From the NCBI GenBank assembly GCA_958009085.1, contig OY253677.1, forward strand, positions 62,001 through 126,000: 64,000 bases of DNA, given 5' to 3'. Positions 35,702-49,200 of the stretch are shown here, one piece after another. Numbering within the stretch: the first letter of the stretch is position 1; every line of letters begins with the position of its first letter. The translations under genes were made by a program, and so were the position numbers. Source of the DNA: Protoeuglena noctilucae (lineage: Eukaryota). Under the pieces are notes generated by a model. The model did not search any database. It was given only the letters and a program-made list of their open reading frames with translations, and had not been told where the DNA came from.

Positions 35702-36386
35702 ATGGCTATCAGCTTCGTCCTGCTCGTCAACAAGCAGGGGCAGACGCGGCTGGCCAAGTACACGGACAGCGGCCTCTCCTCGGGTGAGTCGGGGACGTGC
35801 AGAACACTGCGTATATTATCTCGCTGTTGCCGAGCCCTTCCCGCCCTGCCGCCCCCTCGCAGAGGAGAGGCGCTTCCTCGAGGGGGAGATTGTGCGCAAG
35901 TGCCTCCAGCGCACCGACAAGCAGTGCAACGTCGTGGAGCACCGAGACTACAAGGCAGGGAGCGCCGCGGGGGAGCAGGCGGTGGCTGTCTCGTGCTTGT
36001 TTTCGCCAATTCCCTGCCCCCCTCGCGGCGCAGGTGGTGTACCGTCGCTACGCCTCGCTCTTCTTCCTGGTGGGCGTGGACGAGGAGGAGAACGAGCTGG
36101 CGGTGCTCGAGTTCATCCACGCGTTCGTGGAGTCGCTGGACCAGTACTTTGGCAACGTGTGCGAGCTCGACATCATGCACTACCTCGGCACCGTCCACTT
36201 CATACGTGAGGCAGAGTGCTAGCTGCGCCGGCTATCCTACCATCCCCACAGCCACTCATTCGCCCCACCCCCGCCTATTGCGCAGTGGACGAGATGCTGA
36301 CCAACGGGGCGGTGTCGGACATCAGCAGGCAAAACGTGCTGGGCCCCGTCCAGGTGCTAGCCCGCTCGGTCGACTCCACGGCGTGA
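35702..36386 (+). CDS. AP4S1: AP-4 complex subunit sigma
   Basis: FVLLVNKQGQTRLAKY, LEGEIVRKCL, YK|VVYRRYASLFF, ENELAVLEFIH and FGNVCELDIM. Four exons; TGA at 36384-36386. Confidence 0.93.
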
Positions 36387-36397
36387 AACCTGTCACC

Positions 36398-38212
36398 TCA
36401 TACCACCACGTCGTGGTACCCCCGCTCGGCCACCAGACGGTCGAGGTAGGCCAGGACCTGGTCCCGGCGCTGCAGCACGCCCCGCTGCTCCTGCTCCGAG
36501 AGCACGCCGTCGAAGCGGGACATGGCGCGCTCGTCCAGGAAGCGCAGCCGGAGGTAGGTCTGCGCCGACACCACCTGCACCGGCCCCGTCTGCGAGGGCG
36601 GCGTGTACGGCGGAATGTTCACAGCGCCGCTCTGCGTTATAGATGCCTATCGACGCATTTGAACCTCCCCGCTCACCGAGAAGGCGTTCTCGTGCTGCAT
36701 GAGCACCACCGCCTCCCTTCGGAACCCGGCCGCGTGGTCGATGAGCACGGCCGAGAGATCCCCGCGCCACCGGGACCCCTCCCAGCGCCCGCGGGCCCAG
36801 TGCTCCCCGAACAGGAAGTGGCCGTGGTGCCGGTCCGAGTTCTGCAGCAGCACGTCCAGGATGCGCGCGTCCGACAGCAGCACGTCCTTGCGCACGCCCC
36901 ACTCGGACTCGGGCACCGTGTGCAGCACGCGGCTCTTGTGCGCGAAGTACAGCAGGGCCCCGTCCCCGACGCTCTCGCCGTCGATCCGCACGTCCCTCCG
37001 CAACGCCGCTGCGGGGAACGGACGAGGCTTTGCTCAGTAGACTGCAGCGCCCGCATTCCAAAGCCACCCGCCGTGGTGCTCAGCCACTCACCGGGGGGCA
37101 CGAGGTCGAGACCGAGCATGAGCGCCAGCTCGTACGCGACCCACTCGGTGGGCACGCGGTGCCAGCCGTCCGAGTCCCCGGGGATGCGGGGCTTGAAGAT
37201 GGCGCGCACCACGCGGGGGGACGAGGGGTCCTGGACGTGCACCGTGTAGGAGGGGTGGCTGTAGGGGCCCGTCGGCTCGTTGCGCTCGGCCCGCACCACC
37301 TCCCCCTCCCGCAGCACACGGCGCAGGTCGTCGTGGGCGCGCAGCAGGGACGCCGGCAGGCACGCGGCCTGCATGTCCCGGGCCTGCCGCTCGCTCAAGC
37401 GCGCCCCCGCCCGCGCCAGCGACTGGCTCGCCAGCGCCACGAGGCTCTCGAGGCCCAGGCCGGGCGCCACCCCCGTCAGCGACGCACGCGTCCGCACCAC
37501 CACCTCGGCCGACCGCCCGTCCGCGCCGCGCCGCACGGCCGCGTGCGTGCAGCAGAGCGCGCCGGGGTGCTGCTCCGTGCACTCGTCCAGCAGCTTCGTC
37601 GCAGACATGCTCAGGAAGAGGTCCAGCGCCGTGCGGTCCCTGCCCGCCTCCACAGGCTCCCCGCGCAGCGCCGTCCGGGCGGCCAGCGCATACGCGGCTG
37701 CGTGAGACAAAGCAATGTTTGGTTCACCAGTCCCGCCTTCCCAGCTCGCCCCGCCAGCCGTGGAAAAGCTCACCCGAATGCAACAGCGCCGTCAGCTCCT
37801 GCGCCTGCCCCTGGAGCTCCTCTTGCTTGGAGGCCAGCGTTTCCAGACAGCTGAGGACATCCTCCACGTCCACCAGCCAATCAGGCTCGGCGGAGCCCAC
37901 GTCCGCGTCCGCGCGGGGGGTCAACAGTGCCGGAACCCTAACTGCATCGGGGGCTGCGGCGCTCGCTTGTGAAACGCGGCGGGCACAGCACCAACCTCGA
38001 GAACGACCTCTCGTCGCATCACTGACGCCGAGCGCGAGGGCCCGCGGGCGGTCTCCAGCTCCGCCACATCGCTCACCGCCCTCCCGCCCTGCCTTGCGGC
38101 CGCTTCCGGCCAGGACGGCCCCGCTCGCTTGCTTGCCGCGAACGCTAAGCTCGGCGGCGCGCGCATGGCACGGCCCGGCCGGGCGGGGGTTGGAAAGCAC
38201 CGCAGCGCGCAT
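36398..38212 (-). CDS. PI3/4-kinase-fold (type II PI4K-like) atypical kinase with possible plastid transit peptide and coiled coil
   Basis: AIFKP, EWVAYELALMLGLDLVPP, LDVLLQNSDRHHGHFL and LIDHAAGF. The N-terminus is Ala/Arg/Ser-rich and the start is uncertain. Confidence 0.75.
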
Positions 38213-38355
38213 CGCGTCGGGTCACGTGGCCATGGCGAGGGGATAGGCTCAGTTTCCGGACGCAAGGTGTCGCCGTCGCGGAGTGGAATGTGACGGCGGC
38301 GCGAGCGGTCCCGCTTACTTCAACACAGTCTGTCCAGTCTGTCCAAGCGCCCGCG

Positions 38356-39757
38356 TCAGTTCTTCTTCTGAGCCGGCTCGGCCCCCTTTGCAGGGGCGGC
38401 GGCGGGGGCGGCCTGCGGGGCCCCGCCCGTGGTGGGGAGCCCCACGTATACCTTGAAGGCGTCGTAGATGCCCCACTGCATGCCGGTGAGGGTGCCGACC
38501 ATGGCGATGCGGAGGGCGAGGCCGCGGGTGAAGAGGTTGTACCACCCCATCTCGCGCACGATGTCGCCGACCGTGGACCCCTTCTGCGAGTTGAGCTTGG
38601 ACACGAGGTTGTCGGCCGGCTGGCTGACCACGGCGCATAGCACGCCCGCGATGTAGCCTGCCAGGAAGGAGACACCCAGCTGCTCCGTCTTGGTGCACTC
38701 GCTCTTGGGCTTGGGCACCACCGTGCGGTACAGCAGCTGCACCGTGTTCTCGAACGCCCCAAACTTCATCATCGTGTAGGGGATCTGGCGGCCCCACAGC
38801 GCCCCCAGGCCCCGGAACAGCGCCCCCGTGCCCTCCTGCGCCACGAACTTGGGCATGCCGTCTGCGGGGGAGGGGCGCATCCGGGTCGGCGGGTCAGCGG
38901 ACGCGGATCAGGAGCTGACGCCTGCGGCTGAGGCTGCAGCACGCACGCGCGCTCACCCATGAGCCCCTTGGCGTACCCCGGCGTGGTCTGCACCTTGACC
39001 TTGATGGCCTCGAAGGGCGCCAGGGCGATGTCGGCGATGAACTCGGCGGACGCGGACCCGGCCAGGTAGATGATCGACTGGTACTTGCGCGTCATCTCCG
39101 GGCCCGCCATGTCGGCGTACGTCTTCTTGAAGTACTCGTAGAAGCCGAACTTGCACGCGCCCTGGGCCGAGTACCCGAGCTGGGGCAGAAAGGGGAAGGA
39201 GGTGGTGTTGCTCTACGCAGCCGGGGCGCGCAGCGGATGGACACGACCAGTGGGTCGCAACTCACCAGGGTGGGGAACCAGCCGCGCACGAGGCCCCGCA
39301 TGCCCTCCTCGCGCATCACGGTCCCGAAGCCAGTCGCGATGGAAGGGTACTTGGCCGAGTTGGCCTGCATGTTGCACTTGACCACGTCGAGCGGCGTCAC
39401 GGCCATGTGCGTGAGGCCGCAGGCGAGGGTGCCGCCGATGGCGCAAGCCGTGTAGAACTGGGACGAGTACAGCTCGATCCCGGACGCCGCCAGGAGCGGG
39501 GCGCGGGCGCCCTGCGCGGCACAGCGAGCGGTGCGGGCGGGGTCGCGGGCCCGGCTGTCCAGGCCCAGGATCGCGGCGGGGACGCCCGTCGCCCACGCCA
39601 ACCGGCCCTCACAGAAGCCGCGACGCGACGGCGGGCGAGGGCATGCCGCAGGTCCGCGCTCGCGGGACGGAAATCAGGGGGCAAGGAGAACCCGAGCGCC
39701 CTGCACGCTCCCGAGGCGGCAGCGCGCCCGTCGAGCCCGCGGGTGGCTGTCAAACAT
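38356..39757 (-). CDS. SLC25A3: Mitochondrial phosphate carrier (MPT/PiC); 5' end uncertain
   Basis: [74 protein letters not shown] and [17 protein letters not shown]. Confidence 0.95.
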
Positions 39758-40213
39758 CACAAACGTACGCGACAATGCGCTGGAGGACGCACGCGGGTCC
39801 AGGGTCGCCCGGACTCGAGACAGCTGCGGTCCGACCGCTCGCGCGCGCAAGAGAGTACGCGGATCCTCGCGGCCAGTCACCTGCTCCCTCGCGAACTGGG
39901 TCGCGACGCCCATCCCCCCCGCCTCGCGCTGCGCCATTGAGTTCTCCCTCGCGACGCTCTGCCCGACGAGCAACGGCGCTCCGTCCCTGGTGTCGCACGC
40001 GCACTTGAGCAAAAGTGTCAAGCCGAAGCCGCGATGGCTTGGGAAATTGTCCTCGAAAACCCTTACGTCAGTGCTGGAATGGCCGTTTCAAAACATCTAG
40101 GCGTCCTGCATGCCCAGCAATCACTCCACGCGTACTGCACCCGCGCTCACTTCCTTCCCTTGCGCCGCTTGCCCCGACGCCGCATTCCCCCGACCATGAC
40201 GGCCGCCAGCGAC

Positions 40214-41314
40214 TTAGGCAGGGACGGCTGCGGGAAGGGCAAGAAGGGCGGAAGGGATTGACGGGCGTCCGCACCCTAGCCACGGTTCGGTCGCATGGGG
40301 CATCCCCATGGCCACGCCCACCTTGCCAGAGGCCGTCACTCCATCCCCCGCATCGCTCCCCTCCCCGCCTCGGTCCCCTGCCTCCTCGTCCCCCCTGTCC
40401 TCCTCCCCGCCCTCTTGATGCCCCTGGGTGTACGCCTTCATGCTCTCCCTCACCCGGTCCACCAGCCCCAGCCCTCGCGGCGTCGTCACCACCCCCGTCG
40501 TCGCCTCCCCGACCGACGCGGGGCGGCCCGCGGCCTCATTCCCGCCCCCGACGCTCCCCTCGTCGCTGACCCGGCTGACGCTCGACTCAGAGGCAGGCCG
40601 CGACGACCCACTGGCACCCGCTGCCACCCCGCCCTCGCCTTCGCCCTCGCCCTGCTCGCCGGTGCGGGACCGTGCGGCATCCTGTGCCGCACCCTCCTCC
40701 CCCCCCGCCGAATCGGCCTCGAGTTGCAACTTAATTCCCTCTCCACCCACTCCCTGCTCCTCCTCACCCGCCGGGGCCAGCGCCTTCCCCACCCTCACCC
40801 CGTCACCCTCCTCAGCCTCAACGGGCGTCCCCGCGCCCTCGCCCGCCTCGCCAGCCTCGCCAACCTCCCCGCTCTCGCCAATCTCAGCCCTTGCGCTCCC
40901 CTCGTTGTCCGAACCCCGCGCCTCTCCTGCCCCGCCCCCCTCGGCCACTGCCAGGTGGAGGGCCTCCGCTCCCCCCGACGACCGATTCGACGCCAGGATG
41001 TGCGTCCGCGTCCACCCGACACTGTCGCTGAGTGGCGGGGAGTGGCCGGGCGCACCGCCCCCGCCCGCCCCGTTGGCTGCGGCACCCCGGGGCACCACAG
41101 GGGGCGAGGGCAGGCGGCGCAGGGGGCCCTTGGCCGCGTCAGGCGCAGCCACGGGCGGGGTCCGCGACGCCTCCTCGTCGCCGTCCCCCTCGGCGATGAC
41201 GTACAGGCCCCGCGCGGACCCCTCGCCTTTCGCGGCCTTCTGGGCCGAAGCGGGGGGGGCGCTGGACCGCGAAGCGCCTTTCCCGCTCGCCCCCTTGCTC
41301 GCAAAGCACCCCAT
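40214..41314 (-). CDS. Low-complexity Gly/Glu/Ala-rich protein with putative N-myristoylation/S-acylation start
   Basis: Starts MGCFASK, followed by a long open acidic, disordered frame. The 3' end may be spliced. Confidence 0.6.
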   Translation of the reverse strand: MGCFASKGASGKGASRSSAPPASAQKAAKGEGSARGLYVIAEGDGDEEASRTPPVAAPDAAKGPLRRLPSPPVVPRGAAANGAGGGGAPGHSPPLSDSVGWTRTHILASNRSSGGAEALHLAVAEGGGAGEARGSDNEGSARAEIGESGEVGEAGEAGEGAGTPVEAEEGDGVRVGKALAPAGEEEQGVGGEGIKLQLEADSAGGEEGAAQDAARSRTGEQGEGEGEGGVAAGASGSSRPASESSVSRVSDEGSVGGGNEAAGRPASVGEATTGVVTTPRGLGLVDRVRESMKAYTQGHQEGGEEDRGDEEAGDRGGEGSDAGDGVTASGKVGVAMGMPHATEPWLGCGRPSIPSALLALPAAVPA

Positions 41315-41789
41315 GGTTACAAAATGGCCACGACGATGGGAGAGGCGGCCGCGCGGCGCGGCCAGCGGCCGGGACGTCCTGCACAAACAAGGAGTGGTGG
41401 CGCGACATCATTGCAGCCGACATTGGCGGCCAGAAGAACAGGACAGCATGAGATACGTTGAAAGCGTTCGTGGAGTGGACAGCGCGGCGCTGGCATCGCC
41501 GGGCAAGCTCCGGAAGGGACGGGGACGGCACGGGATGTGATGGGCAGCCGCGCGAGGCCGCCAACGCACCGGCGCCGGTCCTCGTGATGGCTAGAGACTT
41601 GAAACACCACAAATATGCGTAGACAGCGGCACTTGTCGCTGTCCTATCGCCGCTTTGACGCACCCACAGCGAGAGCGCAACAGGGAGCCTGCTGTAGCGC
41701 GATTCCACGTTGGTGACGGACTCGGAACAGCTCACATTGGCTGTCTTCACAGCAGCAAGTGAAACCGCAAACTCTAATAAGCAAGACGT

Positions 41790-43241
41790 TCAAGCATCGA
41801 CACTGCTGGCCTGCGCATGCGCCAGCCCGCCCTCGGCACTGCTCTTGACGACCACGACGGGCGCGGCCAGGTGGTGGGCCACGTAGAGGGACACGCTGCC
41901 CAGGCCGAGCACAGCCATGACGCCGCTGCGGAGGGCGCCCATGCCACGTGACCCCACCACCACGAGGTCCGCGCCGTTGCTCTTGGCGTAGTGCACCAGC
42001 GACGCGCCCACCTCGGACGCACCGCCCTCGGGCGCCAGTGGTCGGTACCACAATCGCTCCTGGGGCACCCCCTGCCCCGCCGCATCCCTCAGCGCTGCCT
42101 CGCAGCACAGCCTGGCCGTGCGCATGGCCTGCTCCCGGTCCGCCTCCCACTGCGACTGCCCGAACGCGGCCAGGGCGGGGGCGGCCATCTCGTCCATCAC
42201 CGGCAGAGGCACGGGAGGCGCCACAGACACCACGTGCACCTCGTCCCGTGACTGGCGCAGGTGGCTCAGGTACCACCGGGACGCGGCTGCCGAGTGCTCG
42301 GACGCATCCACCGCCAGCACCACGCGGCGCGGAGGGGCGTCGTGAGATGCACCGTGTTGTTCTGGCCCAGGACTAGCGCCCGCCTCCTCGCCCTCCCCGC
42401 TGCCCTCGTCTGCCGCGGCCGGGGTAGCCCCCCGCACCACCGCGACGGGACACGACAAGTGGCCAACCAGGAAGTCGCCCACGGAGCCTTGCCTGCAGAG
42501 GAGCGCGAGAAGCAGCTGAGCGCCATGGCACAGGCAGGCGAGCACTGACGCTGGCCCCCTGCCCACCCCAAGCCCCCAGTCACCCGACGAGGGACAGCAC
42601 GGACCTCCGCACCACGCCGAGGCCGCGGCTGCCCACGACCACGAGCTCTGCGCCGCGGCTCTCCGCCAGCGCCGCCAGCGCAGGCCCGGCCCCCGCGCCG
42701 CCCTCCACCGTCACTGCCTCCACCCTCACGCTCCCCGCCCGCGGGCCCAGCGCGCCCTTGGCCTCTGCCTCGGCCTCACTCAGCGCCTCGTCCAGCAACG
42801 CGCGCGCCGCCCGCTCGTCCGTCCGCGCCGCCTCCCGCTGAATCTCCTGCCACGACGCCAGCGCCGCAGCGGACAGCCTGGGTGGCCAGGTGGTCGTGGG
42901 GAGCACTGTCACAGCGGCGAAGAAGGAAGCAGCACTTGCCCACGCTCCCTGCACTGCAAGGCTCACTCGGGCACGGCAGCGGGGGCGCCCGGCATCACGT
43001 CCGCCCGCGGTGGCTTGCACGTCGCAACCACCACCGTATCGCCCTCACGCACCGCATTCCTGCGGATGATACGCCACAAACGCTTGTACGCGCCCGACGC
43101 GGCCCAACTGACCGCGCCTAGGTGGCGCATCCCCCCCCCCCACCTCATCGTCCACGCCACGACGCGCTCCGAACTCTCCGTGTCATCGATCGCCACCAAC
43201 ACGGTGCGATGACCGTCCTCATTCGCCAGCGAGCCCGGCAT
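41790..43241 (-). CDS. Universal stress protein with two tandem USP domains
   Basis: RTVLVAIDDTESS, ELVVVGSRGLG, GSVGDFLVGHLSCPVAVVR, RRVVLAVDASEHS, DLVVVGSRGMG and LGSVSLYVAHH. Confidence 0.9.
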
Positions 43242-43742
43242 CGCGGCTTCCGCACGCTTGCACGGCAGAAGGTGGCGATGGTTTGAGCAATCCTCGAGAC
43301 TCCTTAGGGCTCCGAACAGCGCGTCGCTTGCACAAGATGACAATGATCCCCGCACAGCCCGGCAAGAGGCCGAAAACGCGCTGTCGGCCCGTCGGTCCTG
43401 TCTGAATGACTGTGCCAGCCCACCCTGTCCTCGCGCGGCTTCCCTGGGCGACGCGACTTGAGCCAGGCACTGTTTGTATCATCTTCGTCCGCAGGGTCTC
43501 TGTAGCGGATCCCGAAACCCCTTGCAGCGCTCGCATTTCGTCGCACCCTCCAGGGCCGCCGAGTCCGCCCGCAGAGGCCGTCTCTTCGCGCGTCGAGCAG
43601 GAAAGCGCAATTTCATTCGAATCAATACACGAATCGTCCCTTACTGTCGATCCTCGGCGCGTCCACGCCTCGGGCGGGGATGGCTGGCCTTTTAGCTCCC
43701 GCCGCGGACGCCCGCGGAGCGCATGGGGCCCGCGGGAGCGCC

Positions 43743-45689
43743 ATGGCGCACGGATTGCCGTCCTTCACCAACCTGAAGGTCCTCGCCAGCGTCACGTCGC
43801 TCATCGACGAGGCCCAGCCGGGCGCGCCCGGCCCACGTCAGCGCCAGGCCAGCGCCGGGCCTCCCGCCGCTGCGGCGGCGCCTCGACGCGCCCAGGGCAG
43901 TTCCAGGTTCCGGTGAGGCGCTGTGGGGCAACGAAGCTGGACACAGGCACTGTGTATGTATCCAGGCAAGGCGAGACGCGCCCCCCCTGCACCATCGTTG
44001 CAGGGGCGTGAGCTGGCACAGCCAGACAGGTCGCTGGAAGGCGCAGATCAAGGTCAGCGGCCGCGACGTCAACCTTGGCCGGCACCGCTACGAGGTGGAG
44101 GCAGCCCGCGCCTACGACAAGGCGTGTTTGTGTGCGCGTGGGCCGGGGGCCGCCCACCTCAACTTCCCAGAAGTGGGCGGTGGCAGGGGTGAACATGCAA
44201 GTGGTGTTCCACATGAGTGGAATTGCCGACGCCTCACCCACACGCACTGCATGGTTCTCTCTGCAGTCCGACTACTCCGCTCTCATGCTGTGGCTGCGGT
44301 CGATGGATGTGCTGGAGCTGGCGGCGGAGATGCGCGGGTCCGAGTGCCGCAGCCACCAGCAGACGAGTCGCTTCCATGGTGTGCGCAAGAACAAGCGCAC
44401 CGACAAGTTCGAGGCATACATACGCGTGCAGGGGAGGCACGTGCACCTTGGGTGCCACGCCAGCGAGGAGGTGAGACGCTCTCTAGCACTCTCACTAGTG
44501 CCGTGCTGTGGGAGAGGCGAGGATTTAAGCATGCTTGACACCCCATGTTCACCTGGTCTTGCTGTGGTGCAGGAGGCGGCGCGGTGCTACGACCGCGCAG
44601 CCCTGCACCGCCACCTCCACCCGTGGATGCACAGCCACCTTAGCACCGCAACTGCGCCCCGGTCATCCGACGATGACGAGGAGGAGGAGGGCGGCAGGGG
44701 AGGGGCCAGGCAGGCGCGCGGCCGCCGCCCCACGGCGCTGCACCTCAACTTCCCCGCGAGTGCGTACGCGTCTGAGGTGGCGTGGCTGGCGCGGACGGCA
44801 CTGGACGACGTGGCGTTGGCCATGCGCCACGAGCAGGGGGGCGGGGCGGGGGAGGCGGGGGAGGGAGTGCTGGCCGCGCGTGTGCCCAACCCGCGGGGCC
44901 CGCTGCCGGGGTGGCACATGACCACGAGGAGAGGGGGCAGGGGTGACGAGGCGGGGGGGAGTGGGGGTGGCAGCGGGGGCGTGGTGGGGGTGGACGCGGT
45001 GCTGGCGGGGAAGGCGGCGGCGTTGGATGGGGTGGTGGCGCGGCACGCGAGGGAGGGGGGGGACCTGGCGGCGATGCTGGCGGCGCTGGTGGCGGGGAAG
45101 CAGGCGGGGCAGGACAAGACTGGTGGGGAGAGAGCGTGGGGATGCGGCTGTGAGTGGCGAGCACATATGTGACTCTTTGTGACTGCTGCTGACTTGCTCA
45201 CCTGTTCCCGCAGCCCCTGCGACCGCCCCTGCTGCCGGACATGTGATGCGCCCTCAGCCGACGCGCCTGGGAGCATCCGCACCCACGCAACTAGCCACGC
45301 GCTCAGCTGCCCCGTCGCCGGCGCACCCCAACCCCGCGTCCACGCCCAGCCAAGCACCCCACCAGGCACTCCATGCAGTACCGGGCCAAGCGCATGCATT
45401 CGACGCCCTGCCCCTCACCTGCGACGCGGTGTCCCAGTGGCTGTCGGGCCCCCACGGCGCGGCCTTCCTGGCCCAGCTGGCCCCGCACCTCGCGGCAGCC
45501 ATGGCGGAGGGGGCACTGCCGATGGCTGCGTGGGAGCCAGTGCAGCAGCCGTGCCTGGATGCCTCACATCCGCACGCACATGCACACGTGTCCCCTGGCC
45601 ATGCGACGCCGCCCTATTCCCCCACGCTCAAGGACCAGGGCGGGTGCACTCCCGTGATGGACTCGACGGACCCCTGTCTCTCAGCGTAG
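43743..45689 (+). CDS. AP2-family transcription factor with two AP2 domains
   Basis: First domain: SSRFR|GVSWHSQTGRWKAQI...EAARAYDKA...LNFP. Second domain: TSRFHGVRKNKRTDKFEAYI...EAARCYDRAAL...LNFP. The 3' end is inferred from splice phase. Confidence 0.87.
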
Positions 45690-46205
45690 GTGCACGCGTG
45701 GGGTGGTGGGGTGTCGCATGGGGACGTGCTGCACTCGAGCCGCAGCACGAGGGACCTGGGGGAGGTGGAGCTGGGGGGCGTGGATGGGGCGTGCGTGGCG
45801 GCGTCTGCGTCTGCGTCCACCTCTGTGATGCAACGAGGGGGGGAGACGGGGGCAGTGGGGGCGGTGGGGGCAGGGGCGTCGGAGAGGTGAGGGGACAGGA
45901 AGGGCGAGGATGAATGGTGAGATGCTGAGCATGAGTCTCTCATCTCCCATTCCCATCGTGTTGTGTGTCTGCAGCCTGGTTTCCCCACACGTGGCGTGGC
46001 CGGCCAAGCGTCGCAGCGTGGAGGTGGGGGTGGAGGACGCGAGGGGGGGCAAGCGGGGGAGAGGAGAGGGACAGTAGGGAGAGAGGGCGCGATTGCGTGG
46101 CTGTATGCGCGCAAGCATGATTGGCGTGACTGCCTCTGTTCAACGCACGGTCGGGCAACAGAGGAAGGCTAGCGCAGCTGCAGCGTTAGCAGCAAGCGTC
46201 TGTCT

Positions 46206-49200
46206 TCATGACACGGTGGGTGTTCCCCCCAGGAACCCCCACAGTGCCCAGGTGCTGGGGGGGGCGGGGGCGGCAGAGGCCTCGCCACGCGCACTCTGAG
46301 AGGAGAGATGGGAGAGTCAAGCAGTGAGGAGAGACGACTGCCATGCAATCACTCACTGCGTACACCGCTCCCGCTCACCTCCACCCACTGCCTTGCCTCT
46401 GCCTCGTCCGCCTGCTCTGTAAGACGCGCCCTCAGCTCCGACACCTGGCGACTGCGGAGAGGGACGAGTGAGGCACTGACATCGTACGTGCGCGTTCAGT
46501 GAACCTGTTCCTGTCAGCCACACCCACGCACGCCTCACCGCAGCGTCTGCAGCTCCCCCTCCATCTCCGCGCATCTCTGCCTCCCTCTCTCCGCCTCCCT
46601 CTCCGCATCCGCGGCCCTCTGCCTCGCCCCCTCCGCCTCCCTCGCCAGCCCCGCCTTCTCCTCCCGCAGACGACCCACCTCCCCCTCCAACTGAAAGGCC
46701 TCCGCCTGCAAATGGGTAGATGAGGATCACTCAACATGCACATGGTAGACGAGGATCACTGATAGAATTACTTAGCATGCATGCGGTGCGCATGGTCAGC
46801 CATCACCCACGTCTCCCCTCTCCCTCGCCTGTGCCTCCACCAGCTGTCGCCGCGTCATGGCCAACTCCCGCTCCAGGGCGGGGGAACGAGGGACACCGCG
46901 CCACGACCACTCCTGGGCAGCACCCGCGACTGCACCCACAGCACCCGCAGCAGCACCCGCACCCCCACTTGCACGCGCACTGCCACCCACGCCACCCGTG
47001 CCGCGTGCGCCCCCACTAATCCCCTCCTCGGTGTCCCCCTCGTAATCTCCCTCGCCCTCGCCCTCACGCAAAGTGCGACCATCACTCGCCGCACCCTTCA
47101 TGTCCTCCCCCGCCCCTGCCTGCGCCTGCATGGGCCCCGTCTGTGGCAGTCGCCGTGGCAGCGTCCCCCGGGCAGTGGAGACGCGGATGGGGGAGGCAGA
47201 CAGAGGGGGGGGGGAAGGGACACTGCGGGACATGTGAGATGCATGGCGAGGGTCAGTAGCACCATGCTAATGCTCAATCATGCCTGGACAGCTGACAAAG
47301 TCTGCAGGTCTTGCACCTGAGGCCAGGCACGACCGCTGCGGCTGCCTGCGCCCCTTCTCCCCTCCCCTTCGTCGCCTCTGCCCCGCTCTCCTCCACTCGC
47401 ATCACCGCCACTGCGCTGCGCTCCCTGCGGCCGTCGTAGCCCCCGAACGCCACCAGGGCACCCCCCGCCTCCCACGCCACCACCGTCAGGCCCTGGGAAA
47501 AAGCAGGGGGAGGGGGGGTTCCACAACAGTGAGTTGAGTTGCTGGTGTGACTGCGGCACCAGCTGCCACATCTGTCACTGCCACATACAATTGCCCCTCA
47601 CCTCCGCAGCCAGCTCGTAGCCCCCTTCCTCCACCGGCACCCTCCTCCACGCCAGCTCGACCGCGGCACCCGCAGCGCCCGCGTCCAGGTGAGACCCGGC
47701 GCGGCGGGGACGGGGGTGGTGGCCAGAAGAGGCCGCGGGTGCAGGGGAGACGACGTCAGAGGCACGGGACAGCACCAGCAAGTCACTGCAGAAAGGGGAA
47801 CTCGTGATACATCCGATGCTTGGCTACACAGGACGACAGCACAGTGCATCTCTCTAACACAAACAACCCGCCACCCCCTCACCTGCACGCGGCCCCCGCT
47901 TCCCCGTTCACCCCCCCCACCAGGTACCACCTTCCCCCCAGCGCCGCAGCGGCGTGGCTGGCGCGCGGCCCCGGGTCGTCCCCCTCCGCGGCCAGGCACT
48001 CCTCCATGGGCCTCCACCGCAGGGCATCCACGTCCAGCAGCCAGGCGTCATTGAAGCAGTGGGACAGGGAGCCACCCCCGTACACGGCCACCTGAGACGC
48101 GCTCACCCTGAGAGGGATGGGGTGCGAGATGGGTGTGGGCATGGGCAGCCAAGCACACTCGCTGCCCTGCCTTCCCTGCCCCGCCCCACCTGACTGCGGT
48201 GTGCCCCGCCCTGGCCCCCGGTCCCTCCCCTGCGTCGGCCCTGGTCCATGCCATGGCCTTGAGGTCCAAAATATATGCATCCGACAGGGGCTCACGGCTG
48301 GGGCGCTCCCCGCCATACACCACCACGCGACTGCCCACCTGGGAGTGGGTGGAAGGGGGAGAGAGAGTGGCAAGGTAGTGAATAGCAGACAGGGTGCGTT
48401 TCATGAAGTCATTGGCATGCCCGTGAACCACCCTCCTTCTCTACTTCAGTCTCTCACCATGGTCACTGAGTGGCCCCCCCTCCGCGTGGGTGCCTCCCCC
48501 GCCGTCTCCACCTCCGCCCACCGCCCGTCACGGGTGTCAAAGGCAAAGACGCGGACGTGGGAGTCGATGCAGGAAGAGGGGTGGTGGCCGCCAACTGAGG
48601 GAAAAAGGGAGAGAGGGGAGGGGGTGTGAGAGAGTGAAGGCAGATGCAGGGTCGTGTGACCCCAGCACGTGCTTGCGCGCTGCACAGTTGCTATCCTTGC
48701 CATCACCCACCAACCAGCGTCTCTCACTTGTGAGCAGCGTGGCCCCCCACGCCACCATGCCATGCCCCGCCGCGGGTGCTGGGCATGGGCCGGCAGAGTC
48801 GCCTCCCCAGTGCGTGCCCGGGTGCAGCATCTCCCACTCCATGGACGGCAAGTCCAGGCGCCACAGATCTGCAAGCAAACCACGACGGGCACTGCTGCGA
48901 TGCCCCCGACGCTTCACAAGACAGCCCATACTCCGGATGCCGCAGTCGTCCTCACCGTTGAGGAGCCTCCCCCGCGAGATCCCCCCGAAGAGGTACATGG
49001 AGTCACCCAGCACGGCGCAGGCGTGGTCGTGGCGGCCCAGGGGGCGGGGGTGGCTGCCATGGGTCACCTCCACCCACGTCAGGGGGGGGAAGGGGGGAGG
49101 GGCAGAGGAAGGGGACGGGGGAGCAGGGGTGGGGTTGTCGAGGGGAGCGGGGACGTCCCGCTGGCAAGCCTTGGACCTGCACGGGAGAGAACAAAGGAAA

